Assembly (NCBI RefSeq): GCF_002113885.1
Contig: NW_018408465.1
Coordinates: forward strand, 3,371,898 to 3,435,897
DNA from: Mizuhopecten yessoensis
Lineage: Eukaryota
DNA length: 64,000 nucleotides
Direction: 5' to 3'
Shown: positions 36,876-49,300 of the stretch, one piece after another
Numbering within the stretch: the stretch's first letter is position 1
Layout of the letters: each line of letters begins with the position of its first letter
Program-made: the position numbers and the translations under genes
Notes under the pieces: model-generated
What the model was told of the DNA's origin: nothing
Databases searched by the model: none
What the model saw: only the letters and a program-made list of their open reading frames with translations

Positions 36876-37067
36876 GGCGTCACCAGATAGTGGGGTTTTA
36901 TTGGCCGACTAGTTTCGACTCTTAAAGTGAGTTTTTATCAGGTCCTGGCGTCACCAGTTAGTGGGGTTTTATTGGCTGACTAGTTTCGACTCTTAAAGTG
37001 AGTTTTTATCAGGTCCTGGCGTCACCAGTTAGTGGGGTTTTATTGACCGACTAGTTTCGACTCTTAA
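36876..37067 (-). ncRNA. 2.7 x 71-bp tandem array of degenerate Penelope-type minimal hammerhead ribozymes
   Basis: Minus strand: GGAC CTGATAA aa ACTC actttaa GAGT C GAAA CTAG TC GGCC. Confidence 0.65.
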
Positions 37068-37204
37068 CCCATCTAAACAACCACAAGATGTTGGCTTTAC
37101 ATTTTTTTTGTTAATCTTTGATATTATTATAAGATGCATCTCTATCATACATGTGGCTGTCAACTGTTAAAGGAAAACAAACAGAACTAATGAGTTTCAG
37201 TATC

Positions 37205-37210
37205 TTTATT
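37205..37210 (-). terminator. Candidate NCKAP1 polyadenylation signal AATAAA
   Basis: TTTATT on the + strand; downstream on the minus strand is U/GU-rich; implies a ~3-kb 3' UTR. Confidence 0.4.
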
Positions 37211-39739
37211 ACATATATACACAATGTGTACACAAACGTCAATAGCATATATTGTTATTTGGTATAAAAACATGCATGCTTTAATTAAAAAGGTATATAT
37301 GCTTATTTCAAAAATCCTTCTGTACAATATCTAAAATGTAAATTAATGATCTAGAACTTTACATGAGTGATGACAAGATGGAGGAGTAAGACAAGTACCT
37401 ATTTGTGTTGTAAAGCTTTGATTATGACTGAAATACCTTTGGTTCGTTAGTCACAACAGGTGATATCCACACCTCAATAAATCCTATTAATGCAGATTTA
37501 CTTGACAGATTAAAACCCTTAAAGAATTGGTATTAAAAGACCAGGTCAATTAAAGTATTGATTTTTTAGCATTAAATGTATTTTCAATATATATTTTGTA
37601 CCTGGAAATGTTAGCCACATGTTTTTTCCCCATTTTCTACCTTTATATTGAGGGTGAATTTATCAAGACAGTCAACTTTAGTAGACATTATACATATATT
37701 TACTGTAAGGCAAAAATAAGCCTGGATGAAAATATCTTACTATTGAAGAGGAACATTGCCCTGTATTCCAGAAGCTTCAATGTCCCCTGTGTCTGTCTAC
37801 GTCTTTGTACACCAACACAATGATGCTAGAACTTTGTTCTGTGTAGACATTTGGCTACAACCTTACACTAGTATAATTTATTTGTTAGATCACATGGATT
37901 ATCAATGATAGCAATCACATATGAATGAGATTCAAATTTATGTACTCTAGTAGTACACCATCATCATTTGAATCTGCATTAACAGGTTTTTTTTGTAAAA
38001 AACATTTTTCAGTGAACCCTGTAACAGAATGTTTTCAACATCATGAACATTCCTATATTTCAGATCAATATACCAAATCTTCTTAACATTACAAAGCACT
38101 TTTACAATTCTACAAGAATTTCACAATCAATCAATATTTTGGCTTTATGATGATAAGCAGGTATAATTCTGCATTGTGTGTAAATCTAATTAAATATACA
38201 TTTTGTATGTACAGTTATATATATGTATATCTCCATTTTTTTATTCGAGATTCTTATTGCATGCTCCCCTATAATTTTTTTTAGAGTGATAATTGTAACA
38301 AAGTTTGTATAATTTTCTATGTTTTATCCACATTATATGACTTTTTTTATTGGCTTACATACTAGACTAACATGTCTATTTCTGTTACATCGAGAGGTTT
38401 TAACATGCTGTTACACAAAGTAAAATTAACCAGATTTTGTAAACAATCACACATACGGAAACCTTTCTCTCCATTACTTATATCAATTTGGTCAAAAATG
38501 TAGATGCATTCAAATTTCAAAATACAAAGTAAGCTAGCTATATTTGCACAATATTTTTTTTGCATATAACATTGACGAAATTACAAAAAGTAACATTTTG
38601 TCTTTCATACTACTTGACAAATGTCATATCTTGGCCTGGCAGGCATACCTTTTAAACCACTGCATCACACACATGTTAAAGGGAGACAACCCAATATGAG
38701 TATCTCTTATTTGTCTCTAGAGGGAAGATAGTTTGAGATACAGGTTATTTGTTTGTAAGGGGAAGCAGCCCTATACATGTACAGATGACGACTCGCTTTC
38801 ATTGTTACTTGTCTGTTAAGGGGAGGTAATCCCCTATTAGTTGTCTGTAAAAGGGAGACAATCCCAAATATAACACTAGTTAAGAAATATTTGGAGAAGG
38901 GCATTTACAATGATAATGAAGGATCAGTAAACCAGTTACTAGTTGTGAAGGAGTAGAGGCATCCCATTAACATTATCCTGTATCTCTTATATACTTTAAT
39001 ATAGAGTACATTTTATGAAACACACATTATGCAGTTTCTTATGGTAAGCTTTGGAGTATTGTATATGTCTAGATGACTAATAATTAGTTATTTCAACCAT
39101 GTTTTATCTAATTACAAAGTTGATACTCCTGCCTATATATAGACTACTGCTATTCACGTACACATGTCACACCACTGTGAGTTCCTTATATGTCTGGATT
39201 AACATCAGTAGTTTCCCAAATAATGTACCAAATATATTAAGGTATTGTATGTATTCTGTATTATATCATTATAACTTGTGAATATAAGCCTCCTGGTCAG
39301 AATATTTTTGGGAAAAGCTGTTTTAATTGTTTACTGGTCTAGACTTTGTATCTAACATCAACTCAAGTTGTTATATCACCACTACGTCCTGTGAAATGCT
39401 TAGTTCACTAAAAATGTGTTCCAATTTGGAGCGAACTAAAAATGTGTTCCAATTCGGAGCGAACTAAAAATGTGTTCCAATTCGGATTCTTCTATTTTTG
39501 ACATAAATTACCTAAAATGGTCCAGCCACTTCTTAACAGGAGTCTGTGGTGAAAAATACTTCAAAGAAGATATGATATATAATTTTAGGCCTGGAAAAGC
39601 AACGTTTACTCCCACAGGAGAAGACTGTTAGGTCCCAGCCCCATTACCTAACAATTTTGTTGTAACCAAACAAATGCCACCAATCACTTGTTAAATGTTC
39701 TCAATCTCGTGTTGTGTGGCCAACAGCATCCTACGCATA

Positions 39740-40195
39740 ACTGTAGGGGAACTGCTACACCAGGTCCCACAGTGTTGTACACACAATGGCAGGAATATTT
39801 CTATGACACAACTACAATCTAAAGACTCGAACACACTGTGGTAGGGAAGCTGATAACACCTAAGTTCCTGAGCCTTGAAAAAACATAATGGTAGTGATGC
39901 TGCTATAGTTATAGGTCTCACAGTCTTTTCCACACAATGGTAGGGAAACTGCTATACACTCATTGAGGAACTTTTATCCAAGTCCCAAAGTCCGAACATT
40001 GGTAGGGAAGCTGCTATAATCTGTTTAGCTAGGTTCCACAGCTTTATCCATACAATGGTAGGGAAGCTGCTATATCATTGTTTAGCTAGGTTCCACAGCT
40101 TTATTCATACAATGGTAGGGAAGCTGCTATACTATTGTTTAGCTAGGTTCCACAGCTTTATCCATACAATGGTAGGGAAGCTGCTATACACTGTA
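39740..40195. repeat. 57-bp tandem repeat at the start of the NCKAP1 3' UTR
   Basis: CAATGGTAGGGAAGCTGCTA recurs at 40053, 40110 and 40167, degenerating leftwards. Confidence 0.85.
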
Positions 40196-40225
40196 GTTGG
40201 TATGACTTAGTAACTGTTGTTCTGT

Positions 40226-40339
40226 TTAAGTCTCATGAGCAGAAGCCTTGTACGTAGAGTGGTAGGCATTCCTCAGCAAGGCATAGGGGAAGCATGACTC
40301 TAGTAAGTCCATAGTCAGGTAGGGGGACTCCTGTACGAT
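40226..40339 (-). CDS. NCKAP1: NCKAP1 last coding exon
   Basis: [37 protein letters not shown]. Confidence 0.95.
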   Translation of the reverse strand: MVQESPYLTMDLLESCFPYALLRNAYHSTYKASAHET

Positions 40340-43300
40340 CTGAAACAGTAACAACACATCAACCATTACTTTAGTGGTGAGCTTCACACAATGTATTATG
40401 GTGAAAAGTACACATGAAATTGGTTTTAATGTAACTTCAAATCTCAAGTTTTACGAGGACAACACATTCTCTATAATCTGAATTAATCTAACCCTTTCAT
40501 TTTCTAAGCAACAGTAATATTTTAGTGATATAGATGTTAACCCTTTCACCCCTATGTAACTTTAGTAGACTCTACCATGCATTGATATGGATGAGTCCAT
40601 TATGGTTTACAGTGGTGAAAGGGTTAAGGCATATGGCAATATGTACTAATGGACAGACTATTCAGGTCAAACATTAAAAGTATTGGTCATTACGATATAC
40701 CCATGTATACTACAATAGCATACCTCGTCCAGCAGCAGGTAGACAGACTCTCTGTTACGAATCATCTCCTTCTCGCTCTCCTGTCCAAGTCTGAGCAAAC
40801 TGGAGGATGCAAGCTGTGGATATAGAAATTATAATGTAAACCACATTGAAACTGAACAAGTGTGGATCTGCTAATATGTAGGAACTATTAAGATATCACT
40901 GAGCAATACTACGCAGGTAGTCTCTCGACTAGTTGATTTAACCTGAAGAAGTACAGATTTTGGGGTTAGGACACACTTAGATATAAACAGAGACAATTTT
41001 TTGACCTACCCCAGTAATATCTCGACTAAATGATTTAACCTGAAGAAGTACAGGTTTTGGAGTTAGGACACACTTAGATGTGAACAGAGACATTTTTTTT
41101 TTTTACCTGAAAAGCAATTCTAAGCATAAAAGCCTTTTATGAAGTTTGATATTGAGAACTGCAGTAGACTTACAGCTAAGAACTCCTGGAGGCGGTCGGC
41201 CACATCCCCCGGTCCATGGATAGAGAAGAGAGCCCCAGCCAGCTGGTTGATGGTTTTGGCGAGACAGTGGGTATTGTTCACATGTCCTGTTTCACAGTAA
41301 GACACAAAGATAAAGCCTACTTTGTTACATTACTCAACATATTTCTCTTTTGACACATTTTTTTTAAGTAGTCCAATTTCATAAATCAATAATGATTAGA
41401 ATTTATTCAATATCATAATGAATAGCTCAACTTTTTAAAAATATTGAAATAGCTTTATCTTACATCCCATGCAAGGGATCGTGCTCTAGGAGTACTTTCA
41501 GTAGACTATATAGGGAGAAGTGTACATTAACCATTTCACCCCTATGTAACTTTAGTAGACTCTACCGTGCATTGATCTGGATGAGTCCATTATGGTCTAC
41601 AGTGGTGAAAGGGTTAACTATCACATGACTTACCTTCCAAGGAGGCCTTGAACACGGACGTTTCCAGGCGGGCCAGCTTGGGGATGGACACAGCGATGAA
41701 GACCATCAATAAACACACAACCTCATACTCACTCTCCTTGTGTTCTACAGAATACAGTACAGTCACATGTTAGTAGTAATACACACAATTCTATTATCTC
41801 TTTCCTTTAATTCTACAAAACATCCTTTCAACATCTCAATAGTTTTAAAAACAGAAAACAAACATAGCATATCTCATTATTGGTCATACCTCAATTATAA
41901 TTCTATATTTGTCAACATTTTTTTTTGAGACTGGCACCAGATATAAATAGCCTTGAGTTTATTCCATTGGAAGTTGCTTTTATTTTTTGAGATAGTGTAC
42001 AATCCCTACAACTTTTTAGAAATCCTACCAGATTATAATATGCTTTGTCAATCTCCCCACAAAAACTATCATCTAAAAAAAGTAGAACAAAAAAATGCCT
42101 GAAAGTTTTTAGAAGTCAACATCTAATGAACTTATTTCAATAGTTACTTTATTCAAATTTCACTTTATCAATTCTTCGTTTTTTTAGAAATAAACATTTA
42201 ACTGTCATATACTCAGAGCTGCTTTAATAATTGAAAAAGGAGTTTAATGAGGTGGCATAAAAGTGGCATAATAGTGTATCAGGCCGTCATCATTCAACAT
42301 TCATCATACAATACACATTATATACATATTTCATACAGTAACAGTAAATATATCAACACTACATACTAAATATGTCAACGATACATACTAAACTAGATGT
42401 AGCACTGAGCAAATTCAATAAAACACTGCTATATGTTTCTCTATTGAATTTAAAGGAAAATACAAAAACTTTCTTCAGCATTCATTGGTGAGAAGGCACA
42501 TGTCCAAACAATGTAGTTGAAAAGATACAGAAATGAGACAGAATATTCCTTTTCCTGTTGAGTTAAGTGGATGTACCAGTAATTTAGGTTAATTATAGTT
42601 CATGCTTTTGTTTTTATATCTGTGACTGTCAGTATAATTACAGTGAAATAAGTAATCCTGTCTTAGGCTATATTATACCAGACTGTAATTACAATGTAAT
42701 AGGAGTTCATGCCTTAATGTCTGACTGTATGATTACATTGTAATAGTTCATGTCTTTATGTCTGACTATATGATTACATAATGTAATATTTCATGTCTTT
42801 ATGTCTGATTGTATGATTACATTGTAATAGTTCATGTCTTCATGTCTGACTGTATGATTACATTGTAATAATTCATGTCTTTATGTCTGACTGTATGATT
42901 ACATTGTAATAGTTCATGTCTTTTTGTCTAACTGTATGATTACATTGTAATAGTTCATGTCTTTATGTCTGACTGTATGATTACATAATGTAATATTTCA
43001 TGTCTTTATGTCTGATTGTATGATTACATTGTAATAGTTCATGTCTTTATGTCTGACTGTATGATTACATTGTAATAGGAGTTCATGTATTCATGTCTGA
43101 CTGTATGATTACATTGTAATAGGAGTTCATGTCTTCATGTCTGATTGTATGATTACATTGTAATAGTTCATGTCTTCATGTCTGACTGTATGATTACATT
43201 GTAATAGGAGTTCATGTCTTTATGTCTGACTGTATGATTACATTGTAATAGTTCATCATGTCTTTGACGTTTTATATCTGACAGTATACTTACAGTGAAA

Positions 43301-46300
43301 TTAGTGTTCATGTCTCTCACTATTTTTAAACTAGACTGTAATTATATTTACAGTACAACAGGGGTTCATGCCTTCATATCTGACTGTATGATTATATTGT
43401 CACAGGAGTTCATGCCTTGTTGTCTACAGTAGCAGTACAAACATGCTGCTCATGAGGTATTTCATACACTGCATGCCTGACTGAGCTGTGTGTATGATTG
43501 CTAAATCTGACTAGTCTGGGATGTACCGAGGGGTTTACCTTCAGAGATGTCGTCTGTCGAGTCCGACAAATTGAGTTGCCCTATCAGAAAAATCACACAC
43601 TTTACATGTACATGTTTAACTATAAATGATGAAAGTTTAGCTCAGTGTTTTTATATAGCCAGACTACTCTGGGTTATAAGAATGTGACCCAGTTTTATCA
43701 AATATATATGACATACAGATCAAACATTCCTATGATCATGTTCATTGATGAAATAAAATGGTGAATTAACTTCACTCCTTGATATAGGACGGACTAATTC
43801 ATGTAAAGATGATTGCCCTTTCATTCTTCCTCCATTAGTGTATGACGATGGACAATCACCATCCAACCTATGTTTATAGAGTTAAATAGTTACCACTCTT
43901 CATCTGTCGGAGGGCATTGATGAGGGTGGGATCCACGTTACAGGGTAGACCCCCAGCAGAGGCCATCTCGTTAACCACCTGTAATAACACACACAGTACA
44001 GATGAACTTCGTGCATAATTTCATATCCTGTCATAAACCCTTTCACCACTGTACACCATAATGGACTCATCCAGATCAATGTATGGTAGAGTCTACTTAA
44101 GTTACCTAGGGGTGAAAGGGTTAATGAAGAATGTTTAAACTAAGCAAAATGTTATACCAGTCATCAAAAAATTGGACACGAGGTTCAGCAGTTGTTTTTC
44201 TATGGTGAGTTTAATATTATTGTCAATAGTTTCTCCTAAATACAGTATAATGGGAAATTTTCGCCCAGTCAAACTTTTGCCCTACGTAGGTAAAATCTAT
44301 TTTTCATCTAAATTACGTTTGCCGTTTACATTTTATAACTACGTTTTCATGTTGTCTACTAACGTTTGCTGTATCAATAAATTCACCCGCAATGCAGAGG
44401 GCAATAAAGGTGAAAGTTTGTCTGTGGTGAAAGTTTCCCGGTATACAGTAACACTGTGAATTCTGTCTTAAAACAAAGAGATTGTATACTAAATATAAAC
44501 AAATTAAAAATATTGTCGCAAACATAAATTAACCAATTTCAGTTCTTATTTAAACCTTCCAATAATTAGTACTCCCGACACGCAGACGCTTACTGTCACC
44601 AACAACAGAAGGGGCAGCAAGCAACTACGGGCTGATACATACAAAAACTCAACTATATATACAGTAAAACCCAATCCTCAAACTCCAATACCCCTCATTT
44701 GTCGAACAGTTTGTTTGGTCCCGACCGAGTTTGATCAAATGTATTTGGGTTTGTATTGCAGAACATTCTACATAGACAACTGCGTCCTCGATATCCAGGG
44801 GTCACGCCCACTTTCACTCTCTACACCCCTGGAATATGTCATAGCAAAATCGAAGGCTCAATGTGCAGCACCTTGTGGATGAGACGAGAAGACGAGTTTG
44901 GTCCTTTGATGTACATCAAACGAATCTCGCGGTCACATAGTAATGCTCACTTTCACTCTCTACACCCCTGGAATATGTCATAGCAAAATCGAAGGCTCAA
45001 TGTGCAGCACCTTGTGGATGAGATGAGAAGACTATAGTTTGGTCCTTTGATGTACATCAAACGAATCTCGGGGTCACCTAACAGTAAAAAATGACAGGCT
45101 TTGAAGTGGGGCCTCGCTCCTTTGGAATCTTCAAAGGACAAGTACCAGCCTAGTGATTAGTCATTTTTTTTTACCTGACACCAATCAAATAGCTAGCCAT
45201 GTGCCTTCATTTTTGCTATGACATATTCCAATGTTTAGAGAGCGAAAGTGAGCGTAACCCCTGGATATCGAGGATGAGACAACTGATTTCAAAGACAAAT
45301 TTTCTTAAATTAGATTAAATTATCAGAAGCATAGTTTAAGCAGAATAATAGTTTTGCTGCTGTGTGAGAGATATCAGGCAGAGTAGATCTTCTGGTAAAC
45401 ACTGGTACAGTATACAGAAATTACACGCATGTTACAATCACATCTTGACACAGAATTTATAAAATTGGATTTATTTTTCAAGAAAATGTAACAAGCATAT
45501 GTGCAGCAGAAGGCAATATCAGCACTTCATTGGTTGTCTGAGGAAATCGAAAAAAAACCTCTACTCATACCAATTAACTACACTATATTTCAAAGAGATC
45601 TAAAAAGGTTATTGGAGGAAATACAATCATCTTGAAAAGAGTTTGAGTGAGAAGGAATAATTGCAAATTAGTGGGAGTAACAAAAAGGTTTGAGAAAATC
45701 ATTTTAGAACATACATAAATGAAAAATCTACACACATACTAACAACCCTGCATGCTTTGATCGAAATATATTTCAAGTAAAACAATAGATTATTAAACAA
45801 CATGCGTATTATTAAGTAGGTCTAAGATCTAATACATAATTAAATGTCTATTACGTTAATTCTAACAGATGTGACAGATATTAACGTCCAGTAGTTGTGA
45901 ACAACATCAACGAGTTGAGTTATACATGTAGCATGGTTCTGCTGCCTTTCTAGTAGCTCCTGTAGCACTTAATATTTGAGTTTTTACTTTGTAATTCAGA
46001 ACACAGCACATGTGAGACAAAAACACAAAACTGTTGAATGATTTTTACTGTTTTCTTCATTTTGTCAACAATCACGGTCGTACAAAGTTTGTTAATTAAG
46101 AGGTCTTACAGGATCTTATCAAGAGATATTATTCATATAGGGATTGAACGGCGTTTTTAAAAATGCTGTTCAACCCATATATTTACATTTTTATTAATGA
46201 ACAATTGTTTAATTTAATTTATTTATTCTTAAATAGTTCCTTTATTTATTGTGTTTTGTACATGCATCGTCCTTTAAACGACATTTGCAGAACAGCCCTA

Positions 46301-49300
46301 TTTATATAAAATTGGCGCCAATATGTAACCGTTGTCATTTGAGCGTTTGACGCAGGGGCATTCTCCATGTTAGCCGAAGCAAAGCAACAAGACTCTTATT
46401 GAACAAAGTTAATCTATGACGTCATAAGTAAACCACGTGTTACGTAACGAGAGTTTTTGCTTTCATACTCAAATGAAATGCATTTCTGCTGGTAATGTTC
46501 ATAAAATGGGTTGCAGCGCAAATGTAAACATAGAAAAGTCATAAAAGCTTTTATCAATGATAAATTTCTCTTCTGTACTACACCCTGGTTCTTATTCTCT
46601 CAAATATTCTTTTGTATACTCTGCATGGTCACAGACGTAATAACAGGTTTTCCTCATGCACAGAGATCAAGTAATTATCCAAGCAAGAAAAAATGTTTAA
46701 TGCTCACAATGTTATACAGTTTTACCCTTATTTCGTATTATCATAGCTGGTAGCTGTATTTGCTGCCCCTAACTACATATAACAAGTATTTGATAGAAGA
46801 ATTCAGAGCCAGCTGTCAAAATGCTCAATAAAGCAGCAAAAAAAATGTTGCTGAAACAGATGATAGGGAGGGCAGCAGCTATAAAAGGTCCGATGATCAA
46901 TGGCTGTAAAAACTGAAGAGCTCTAGGAAGGCAGATAACTCAGTCACTAACAACATTTAGGCAACAGTATTCACACAACATGACCTCACTTCCTGGTATC
47001 CCCACCTCCCACAGGCAATTGCTGGTTTACACACAGTGGGAAAAGAGCTCATCTTATGTAACACAGAACCTTTTTGGTCAACTTTAAAAAAAATATCTTT
47101 CTTTTTTTACCTTGCAAATAATTTTAACATTATTGTTTTTAGTTTAGAAATTGAATTTTCAAATACTTTTTTGACAGAAATAGTTTTTATTTCATCAGTA
47201 AGGAAGAAAAGATGTGACCAAGTGGAAGTGTGGGAAGTGTGACACAAGAAAATGGCGACAATACGGAGGACAAACCTGCTGTTTCATTGAAGAATACTGT
47301 CACATGGAGGAAAAACAGATATAAACATGACTGTGTTGTAGAAACTGTAGACATATATGAACATATGCTAGTGTCTCGTAACTACCAGATATAACGCTTC
47401 TTACGATAGCGTAACACTTCTTACAATAGCGTAACACTTCTTATGATAGCGTAACACTTCTTACGATAGCGTAACACTTCTTACAACAGAATAGTACACT
47501 TATCTAACACTTCTAATGATAGCGTAACTCTTCTTAAGACTGAATAGTACACTTATCTAACACTTCTTACGACAGAATAGTACACTTATCTAACACTTCT
47601 AATGATAGCGTAACACTTCTTAAGATAGAATAGTACACTTATCTAACTCTTCTAATGATAGCGTAACACTTCTTAAGATAGAATAGTACACTTATCTAAC
47701 TCTTCTAATGATAGCGTAACACTTCTTACAATAGCGTAACACTTCTTATGATAGCGTAACCCTTCTTACGATAGCGTAACACTTCTTACAACAGAATAGT
47801 ACACTTATCTAACAATTCTGATGATAGCGTAACACTTCTTACAACAGAATAGTACACTTATCCAACACTTCTAATGATAGCGTAACACTTCTTAAGACAG
47901 AATAGTACACTTATCTAACACTTCTAATGATAGCGTAACACTTCTTACAACAGAATAGTACACTTATCTAACACTTCTAATGATAGCGTAACACTTCTTA
48001 AGACAGAATAGTACACTTATCTAACACTTCTAATGATAGCGTAACACTTCTTAAGACAGAATAGTACACTTATCTAACACTTCTAATGATAGCGTAACAC
48101 TTCTTAAGACAGAATAGTACACTTATCTAACACTTCTAATGATAGCGTAACACTTCTTAAGACAGAATAGTACACTTATCTAACACTTCTAATGATAGCG
48201 TAACACTTCTTAAGACAGAATAGTACACTTATCTAACACTTCTAATGATAGCGTAACACTTCTTAAGACAGAATAGTACACTTATCTAACACTTCTAATG
48301 ATAGCGTAACACTTCTTAAGACAGAATAGTACACTTATCTAACACTTCTAATGATAGCGTAACACTTCTTAAGACAGAATAGTACACTTATCTAACACTT
48401 CTAATGATAGCGTAACACTTCTTAAGACAGAATAGTACACTTATCTAACACTTCTAATGATAGCGTAACACTTCTTAAGACAGAATAGTACACTTATCTA
48501 ACACTTCTAATGATAGCGTAACACTTCTTAAGACAGAATAGTACACTTATCTAACACTTCTAATGATAGCGTAACACTTCTTAAGACAGAATAGTACACT
48601 TATCTAACACTTCTAATGATAGCGTAACACTTCTTAAGACAGAATAGTACACTTATCTAACACTTCTAATGATAGCGTAACACTTCTTAAGACAGAATAG
48701 TACACTTATCTAACACTTCTAATGATAGCGTAACACTTCTTAAGACAGAATAGTACACTTATCTAACACTTCTAATGATAGCGTAACACTTCTTAAGACA
48801 GAATAGTACACTTATCTAACACTTCTAATGATAGCGTAACACTTCTTACGACAGAATAGTACACTTATCTAACACTTCTAATGATAGCGTAACACTTCTT
48901 AAGACAGAATAGTACACTTATCTAACACTTCTAATGATAGCGTAACACTTCTTAAGACAGAATAGTACACTTATCTAACACTTCTAATGATAGCGTAACA
49001 CTTCTTACGACAGAATAGTACACTTATCTAACACTTCTAATGATAGCGTAACACTTCTTAAGACAGAATAGTACACTTATCTAACACTTCTAATGATAGC
49101 GTAACACTTCTTACGACAGAATAGTACACTTATCTAACACTTCTAATGATAGCGTAACACTTCTTAAGACAGAATAGTACACTTATCTAACACTTCTAAT
49201 GATAGCGTAACACTTCTTAAGACAGAATAGTACACTTATCTAACACTTCTAATGATAGCGTAACACTTCTTAAGACAGAATAGTACACTTATCTAACACT

